Below are positions 30,142-34,980 of a stretch of DNA of 34,980 bases, piece by piece. The DNA is from an uncultured Gammaproteobacteria bacterium (GTDB lineage Bacteria > Patescibacteriota > Patescibacteriia > Magasanikbacterales > UBA922). The position numbers and the translations under genes were made by a program. How positions within the stretch are numbered: position 1 is the first letter of the stretch; each line of letters begins with the position of its first letter. Location: the NCBI GenBank assembly GCA_964498735.1, contig CAZCHJ010000001.1, positions 6,034-41,013 on the forward strand, written 5' to 3'. The notes below the pieces were generated by a model. The model was not told the origin of the DNA. It was given only the letters and a program-made list of their open reading frames with translations, and did not search any database.

Positions 30142-32394
30142 CTATTCTTTAATTTCTCTTCCATTGGTGGCATCATTCCCCATCACACCAACACTTTCAA
30201 CTGTGGAAATATATTTTTTCGATACAAACCGATTCAGTGTGTACTCTACCGGATAATCGAGCAATAGATATGGAATTCCTTTAGCAAGAGATTTGAGCCA
30301 TATTTTTTTTGCATTGTTGGAAAAACTATATAATCGAGTAGAGACGAAATCAGGTCTGATATAATAAAACACCATGCCTTCTCTATTCCATTCCTTCAAA
30401 TTGAATTCGTGAGTTAGTACGTATCTTCCACTGATTTTCCAATATTGCCTTGCTCGTGGTAACTTGGATCCTGCAGCAAGAAGCATACTCACCTCTCCCA
30501 AACTTTTGAGACTACTATCGCATGCACGACGAACCAAGAATCTATCTCCGACATATACATATTCATCTACCTGGTTTTTCAAATCAAAAGGTGCCGCCTC
30601 TAGTCCAGCTTCAATACACACAATACGTGCGCCTGGTATTTTTTCTCTGATCGATCGAATTGTTGCAAGCGTCTGTGCATACCGCTCTTCGGGAGAATAG
30701 ACTGAACGCGTACTAGCATATGATAATGCTTTTTGTTTGTGATAGATAACCGAGGTTATGCATACACAATATTCATACGGCACTTCTTCTATCATCTTTT
30801 TCTTACCCAAGAATATGAGTTCTATCAAAAAACCAAAAGGAATTGCAATACACATTTTATAAACCTGACGAATCAAAAAACGTACAATATTTTTCTTTTC
30901 AAGATTTTTTTCTTTTTGTATTGCAAATCCAGATGCACGCCATTCCAAAATAATTGAAAATGGATAAAGAAAAACTATTCCCACCATTGCATAGTAAAAC
31001 CACAATTCACTTCCTGCATCTGTGTGTGTGAAGAACCAATCAACAAGCCAGAGTAGATAATATATAAAAGGACTCAGTGTAATCCAACGTGTGATCCGGA
31101 GTAGATATGGATTTTGGTAGATGCTATACAAGACAATTCCTAATGGTAGAAACCAGAGTCCATACCAAGGTAGAAATGATTTTTGCCAGACTAACAAATA
31201 GACTAACAAAAAAACAAACATGCCTGCGATATAGTCCCCTGTTTCCCAAACCATTTTTTTTCTGAGTATAGAAAAAACCTTTTTGAAATATGGAAATAAT
31301 ACATATGCAAATACAGTAAACACTGCTACATGCACTCCTCGTGTCAATATCCAGTGTGCATTGCTGCCGAATACACTTTCAAATAATGGTTTCAGTGAAA
31401 AATAAATCACTGCAAACAGACTCATGACTGCCCATTTTGATTGAATCACCACTGACTGAAACACCTCAGGACCAATCCAATATTTGTGCCAAACTAGCGT
31501 TGTTATTACCACACCAAGCACCACACCCCCCACAGTTCTCCATAATTGCTTTTTCCAATTTTCTTTCGTAATTGATTGCCACCACCATAGGAGAAAAAAA
31601 GGCGCAATAAGAGCGGGAACAAATTTAATCCAAATTCCAATTACTAAAAGTGGAATCACCCATATCCATTTTTTCTTGTGTGCGGCTATGATCGCCTCGA
31701 GTACACAGATCAGCCACAATACATCAAAATGTCCATTCACTACTGTTTCGAATACGAGTAACGGCTGTAGCAAAAATACTGCATATATTAATTTTTTATC
31801 TACTTTTCCATCAAGTAGAGATATTAAACGGTAGATACTATAGCCACACAATACCACACTAGTTGCCATAAGTAACTTCCACATCACCATAAACCACACA
31901 CTTTCATTGTTTGAAATTTGGTATAAACCGCTAAAAGCGTGAGCAATGATAGGTCCGTAGGAGAAACCAATTATGTCGCTCATTGGTACTGGATATACAA
32001 ATTCTTTTTCCATCTGCCAATGATCGTGATAAATATTCAATCCCTGATTTTGTGCCCGTCCTGCGGCAAAATAATAGCTCATGTCGCTTGAGCCAAAAGG
32101 AACCACCAGAATCGCGCTTATAAAAAGAAACGCTATAAGCGCTGATATTTTTTTGAATTTCGGTGATATATCCATCTTTTTCAAGATACTCCACAATTTC
32201 CAACCAAACAATGCAAATACACTAGTCATCACTATGACAATGAGTAGGCTTACTATTTTTTCATTTACCGAGAGCACTGCCGGACACAACAATGTACTTG
32301 ATTGAAAGAAACATTTTTTTTCGAGTATCAAAGAATACGATGTAATAGAAAATCCACCGAGTATAAGCCAAGTAATTATATAGAGGGATATCAT
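30142..32394 (-). CDS. Fusion protein: N-terminal GT-C membrane glycosyltransferase (GT87/DUF2029/PimE-like) and C-terminal ~230 aa uncharacterised globular domain
   Basis: Trimmed from 32484 to the ATG at 32394 (MISLYIITW...), giving an ATGA overlap with the upstream stop. About 520 aa are polytopic, with SSDMSYYF in an early loop, SYGPIIAHAF and ETVVNGHFDVLWL motifs reminiscent of DUF2029-type mannosyltransferases. The C-terminal soluble domain starts near VPYEYCVCITSVIY...STRSVYSPEERYAQTLATIRSIREKIPGARIVCIEAG. Confidence 0.65.
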   Translation of the reverse strand: MISLYIITWLILGGFSITSYSLILEKKCFFQSSTLLCPAVLSVNEKIVSLLIVIVMTSVFALFGWKLWSILKKMDISPKFKKISALIAFLFISAILVVPFGSSDMSYYFAAGRAQNQGLNIYHDHWQMEKEFVYPVPMSDIIGFSYGPIIAHAFSGLYQISNNESVWFMVMWKLLMATSVVLCGYSIYRLISLLDGKVDKKLIYAVFLLQPLLVFETVVNGHFDVLWLICVLEAIIAAHKKKWIWVIPLLVIGIWIKFVPALIAPFFLLWWWQSITKENWKKQLWRTVGGVVLGVVITTLVWHKYWIGPEVFQSVVIQSKWAVMSLFAVIYFSLKPLFESVFGSNAHWILTRGVHVAVFTVFAYVLFPYFKKVFSILRKKMVWETGDYIAGMFVFLLVYLLVWQKSFLPWYGLWFLPLGIVLYSIYQNPYLLRITRWITLSPFIYYLLWLVDWFFTHTDAGSELWFYYAMVGIVFLYPFSIILEWRASGFAIQKEKNLEKKNIVRFLIRQVYKMCIAIPFGFLIELIFLGKKKMIEEVPYEYCVCITSVIYHKQKALSYASTRSVYSPEERYAQTLATIRSIREKIPGARIVCIEAGLEAAPFDLKNQVDEYVYVGDRFLVRRACDSSLKSLGEVSMLLAAGSKLPRARQYWKISGRYVLTHEFNLKEWNREGMVFYYIRPDFVSTRLYSFSNNAKKIWLKSLAKGIPYLLLDYPVEYTLNRFVSKKYISTVESVGVMGNDATNGREIKE

Positions 32395-33701
32395 ACACTC
32401 TCGTATGTCGATAAGAATATTTCGAATGTCTCTATCACATATTCCAACATCTCCTTCGTAAGACCGGGATACACACCAATCCAAAATGTTTGTTTCATAA
32501 TCGTATCAGCGTTCTTCAAATCTCCTATAACTCTATATTCAATATCTTGATTCGTGAAGTATGGTTGTCTGAGTAAATTTCCTGAAAATAAAAATCTCGT
32601 ACCAATTTTCTTTTCTTGTAAGAATTGTACTATTTCATCACGGCTGAATGGTGCATCGTCCTTTACCGTAAGTAAAAATCCAAACCAGCTTGGTCGTGCT
32701 TCTTTTTGCCAAGAAGGCAGCAAAAAATATTTCTCAAATTTTTTCAATCCTTCATAGAGAATATTAAAATTCTCCCTTCTTTTTCCTACGAAAGAATCAA
32801 GTTTTGCAAATTGGGCAAGACCGAGAGCAGCCTGAATATCAGTTGCTTTGAGGTTATACCCCATTTCGGAATAAATATATTTATGATCATAACCGTAGGG
32901 TAACTCACCCAATTGCCAACAGAAACGCTTCTGGCACGTGTTGTCCTTACCTGTTTCACACCAACAGTCACGCCCCCAATCTCTAATTGATTCAATAATC
33001 TTATAGAGTCGTGAATTATTGGTGAATACCATTCCCCCTTCAGCGGTAGTGATGTGGTGTGCAGGATAAAAACTGCACGTTGCTATATGTCCAAATGTTC
33101 CTGTTTTCTTTCCATTGAATGTTGCACCCAACGCATCACAGTTGTCTTCAATAAGCCACAAATCATGTTTATCACATAATTCTCTAATTGCCCCAAGATC
33201 AAATGGATTGCCCAGTGTATGTGCAATCATTATTGCTCGAGTTTTTGATGAAAGTGCTTTTTGTATCTCCTTAATATTTGCGTTATACGTTCCTAGATCA
33301 ACATCAACAAACACCGGGACAAGACCATTTTGTATAATTGGATTTACAGTACTAGGGAAACCTGCAGCTACCGTGATTACCTCGTCCCCCTTTTTTAATC
33401 TTTTTTCTCCGAGCTTCACCGAAGTAAGTGCGGTCAACGCGATTAGATTTGCGGAAGATCCAGAATTTACATAACATCCGTACTTCACTCCCAACCATTG
33501 TGCAAGACGATGCTCGAACATGGCACTATACTTACCATCAGTCCACCAACCTTCAAGTATTGACTCAACGGCGATTGTAATTTCTTCAGTATCAAAAACT
33601 TTCCCAGATACAGGAACCGCAGAAACTCCGGGTACAAATTCTTTTTTTGGAAAACGAAAATTATAATCTTCTACGAGCAATTGTTTCAACTTCTCATCCA
33701 T
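32391..33701 (-). CDS. rfbH: PMP-dependent NDP-6-deoxy-4-hexulose 3-dehydrase (E1/RfbH/DdhC-type, DegT family)
   Basis: 436 aa in the DegT/DnrJ/EryC1 fold (VNSGSSANL, IEDNCDALG). The Schiff-base Lys position is His (SFYPAHHITTAEGG). Cys188-x57-Cys246-x1-Cys248-x7-Cys256 matches the [2Fe-2S] spacing described for Yersinia E1. Confidence 0.8.
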   Translation of the reverse strand: MDEKLKQLLVEDYNFRFPKKEFVPGVSAVPVSGKVFDTEEITIAVESILEGWWTDGKYSAMFEHRLAQWLGVKYGCYVNSGSSANLIALTALTSVKLGEKRLKKGDEVITVAAGFPSTVNPIIQNGLVPVFVDVDLGTYNANIKEIQKALSSKTRAIMIAHTLGNPFDLGAIRELCDKHDLWLIEDNCDALGATFNGKKTGTFGHIATCSFYPAHHITTAEGGMVFTNNSRLYKIIESIRDWGRDCWCETGKDNTCQKRFCWQLGELPYGYDHKYIYSEMGYNLKATDIQAALGLAQFAKLDSFVGKRRENFNILYEGLKKFEKYFLLPSWQKEARPSWFGFLLTVKDDAPFSRDEIVQFLQEKKIGTRFLFSGNLLRQPYFTNQDIEYRVIGDLKNADTIMKQTFWIGVYPGLTKEMLEYVIETFEIFLSTYESV

Positions 33702-33883
33702 ATACGTACATCAAATTATCTTTTTGAATTCTTTTACTGCTTTGGGTATTACAAAATTTTTATGAAAACTGATGGTATTTTTTGGAAGTTTGGAAACTGG
33801 AAACTAATTTCCCCATCGAAATCTTATTTTTGTGCCTTTTTTAAGCCTTTTTTTGCACATTTTTTATCCCAAAATACTCTCGT

Positions 33884-33912
33884 ATTCTACCATTTTAGAT
33901 AGAAAATGGCAA
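33884..33912 (-). promoter_or_regulatory. Candidate sigma70-type promoter of the 18-gene minus-strand operon
   Basis: On the minus strand: TTGCCA (33912-33907), a 17-nt spacer, then TGG-TAGAAT (extended -10, hexamer 33889-33884). This would give a ~175-nt A-rich leader before the rfbH-like ATG at 33701. Sequence match only. Confidence 0.4.
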
Positions 33913-33970
33913 CTCTCCAGTGACTATTGATTTTCAAGATATCTTATCTCTTTATATTTCAATAGATACC

Positions 33971-33993
33971 ACGTAATTTTAGATATATTACGT
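33971..33993 (-). terminator. Weak hairpin immediately after the acyltransferase stop
   Basis: acgtaat (33971-33977) and attacgt (33987-33993) form a 7-bp stem with a 9-nt loop, starting 1 nt past the TAG at 33995-33997. There is no clean U-tract after it. Confidence 0.25.
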
Positions 33994-33994
33994 A

Positions 33995-34980
33995 CTATGG
34001 TAACTCTTGTGCCAAATCTTTTTTCTTTGATTTCAATTTAAAAAATGGAGCTTCAATTGCATAATAAGTTATCGTTGAAACTACAAGAGTAGCCACTACA
34101 TCTAAGATGATTTTTGTATGATTTGTTACCAATAGTTTATCCACTCTTTCAAAAACTACGGGATGCCAGACATAAATACTAAAACTGATTTTGGCGATAA
34201 ATAAAATGGGTCTAGTTGTCAGCACATACGATAAGACAGTTCTATCATCGCCCAGAAACGAAAGAATAAGGAGTATCGTAATCGTGCCCAAAAGTATCGG
34301 CGCCAAAACATACGAGATGGTGGGGGCAAATTCTAGATCATAAAAACGTACAAACAAAAAGAATAGTAATACGAAAAGAAACTGGAATCTTGCACTGCCC
34401 AATTTTTCTATTACATTTTTCTTATATATATACAAGTAACTACCGAGCATTCCTAATGCAAAAAAATCAAAATCTGCAGGTGTGAATCTCAATAATTGCA
34501 TAGTTGGATTTTTCACAACAAATACTAGGATGATTCTATATATAATCCCGAATGCGAGTGGGGCCAAAAAAAGAACCATTTTTTTATATTTATAAAAAAA
34601 GTAATAAAAAACTGGGAGAAGTATATAAAAGTGCATTTCAACCACCAGTGACCAGTAGACTGGATTAATCGTTAAGATCCCCCCTCCACTACTACTTTTT
34701 ATCTCACGGATAAAGAGCATGTTATAGATAATCGATTTGAGCCCAGGAATGTTTAAAAAAACGTCAGATTTTAGAATCAATGTGATCACCAGTATCGAGA
34801 AGTAGTACAAGGGCAAAATTCTGAGTAATCTCTTTTTTGTGTATTTCCATATAGCTTTTTTATCCAACGGTTCATCGTTCTTGCATAATTGATAAAAGAG
34901 TAGAAAACCACTTAATACAAAAAATACACTCACACCGACTGTTCCTCCAAAATATACGAGTCTCTGCCAATTGAAAAAAG
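33995..34980 (-). CDS. Membrane O-acyltransferase, acyltransferase family 3 (OafA/WecH-like), 5'-truncated by the window edge
   Basis: The reading frame stays open upstream of the annotated GTG (34933) to the window end (...FFNWQRLVYFGGTVGVSVFFVLSGFLL). The FFVLSGFLL motif and about 9 further TM helices are typical of acyltransferase_3. Confidence 0.8.
   Translation of the reverse strand, partial: FFNWQRLVYFGGTVGVSVFFVLSGFLLFYQLCKNDEPLDKKAIWKYTKKRLLRILPLYYFSILVITLILKSDVFLNIPGLKSIIYNMLFIREIKSSSGGGILTINPVYWSLVVEMHFYILLPVFYYFFYKYKKMVLFLAPLAFGIIYRIILVFVVKNPTMQLLRFTPADFDFFALGMLGSYLYIYKKNVIEKLGSARFQFLFVLLFFLFVRFYDLEFAPTISYVLAPILLGTITILLILSFLGDDRTVLSYVLTTRPILFIAKISFSIYVWHPVVFERVDKLLVTNHTKIILDVVATLVVSTITYYAIEAPFFKLKSKKKDLAQELP

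Noticed and set aside
2034-32321. A8/T8 homopolymer tracts inside coding regions as phase-variation switches, for example 2034-2041, 14441-14448, 22581-22588, 22871-22878, 25203-25210, 29463-29470, 30303-30310 and 32314-32321.
   Set aside because: I saw none longer than 8 nt. They encode Lys/Phe runs, as expected in an AT-rich genome, and are spread evenly rather than concentrated at the 5' ends of GT genes. This is below the length usually linked to slipped-strand switching.
1234-33474. Numerous 60-135 aa ORFs in the track lying antisense or out of frame within the large genes, for example 1234..1581, 1888..2277, 14128..14472, 22172..22576, 31484..31834 and 33115..33474.
   Set aside because: Each lies wholly inside a longer ORF with clear family motifs. 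Their translations are low-complexity (Ser/Thr/Phe/Ile-rich) shadows typical of AT-rich DNA, and none has a recognisable motif or an independent start context.
6916-33701. Reading UGDH + UXS/ArnA-like decarboxylase + DegT protein + Dpm1-like GT2 + ArnT-like GT-C as an Arn (L-Ara4N lipid A modification) pathway.
   Set aside because: The DegT-family protein has His in place of the catalytic Lys plus an Fe-S motif, making it a dehydrase rather than an ArnB-type aminotransferase. No formyltransferase or deformylase is present. The 9230..10168 protein has full UXS signatures, and the genes are dispersed among many other GTs.
33804-33860. 18-codon basic peptide ORF (MCKKRLKKGTKIRFRWGN) on the minus strand inside the operon leader.
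   Set aside because: It has no convincing SD. The composition simply reflects the A-rich leader (AAA = Lys), and conservation cannot be assessed here.
1-34980. Alternative genetic code (UGA recoded, as in some small-genome lineages).
   Set aside because: TGA terminates several well-delimited genes exactly where the next gene starts (9230, 10165, 14645, 18766, 25767, 32391). Protein lengths are normal under the standard code.
1-34980. Mobile elements, CRISPR arrays, tRNA/rRNA genes, toxin-antitoxin or defence-system genes.
   Set aside because: No transposase, integrase, nuclease, helicase or ATPase motifs were seen in any ORF. There are no direct-repeat arrays or cloverleaf-capable intergenic sequence, and the non-coding space is too small to hold them.

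Overview
AT-rich bacterial window using the standard genetic code (TGA is used as a stop at several gene junctions). It is almost entirely a cell-surface glycan biosynthesis island. I call 31 protein genes, 29 of them on the minus strand, and intergenic DNA totals well under 1 kb. I saw no rRNA, tRNA, CRISPR array, transposase or integrase. By my coordinates there are four transcription blocks. (i) 33701->12828 holds 18 minus-strand genes with no gap over 11 nt and many ATGA overlaps. (ii) 11597->6916 holds a methyltransferase, a GT2 and a UDP-GlcA/UDP-Xyl nucleotide-sugar module. (iii) 5306->79 holds a secreted subtilase, a divergent UXS-like SDR, a GT2, DUF2304 and a GT4. (iv) Two plus-strand genes, a WbaP/CpsE-type initiating phosphoglycosyltransferase and a GT4. 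The inventory is 8 GT2, 4 GT4, 2 confident and 2 candidate GT-C membrane glycosyltransferases, a Wzx flippase, 3 SAM methyltransferases, an AsnB-type amidotransferase, an E1/RfbH-type 3-dehydrase, UGDH, 2 UXS-family SDRs, 2 further SDRs and a partial O-acyltransferase. The most interesting aspect is the architecture. A Wzx/PGT-type repeat-unit pathway is interleaved in one polycistron with four Dpm1-like polyprenyl-phosphate-sugar synthases and several GT-C enzymes, alongside unusual tailoring enzymes. I could not match this combination to any characterised locus from memory. All family calls rest on motifs read by eye, and no database search was possible.
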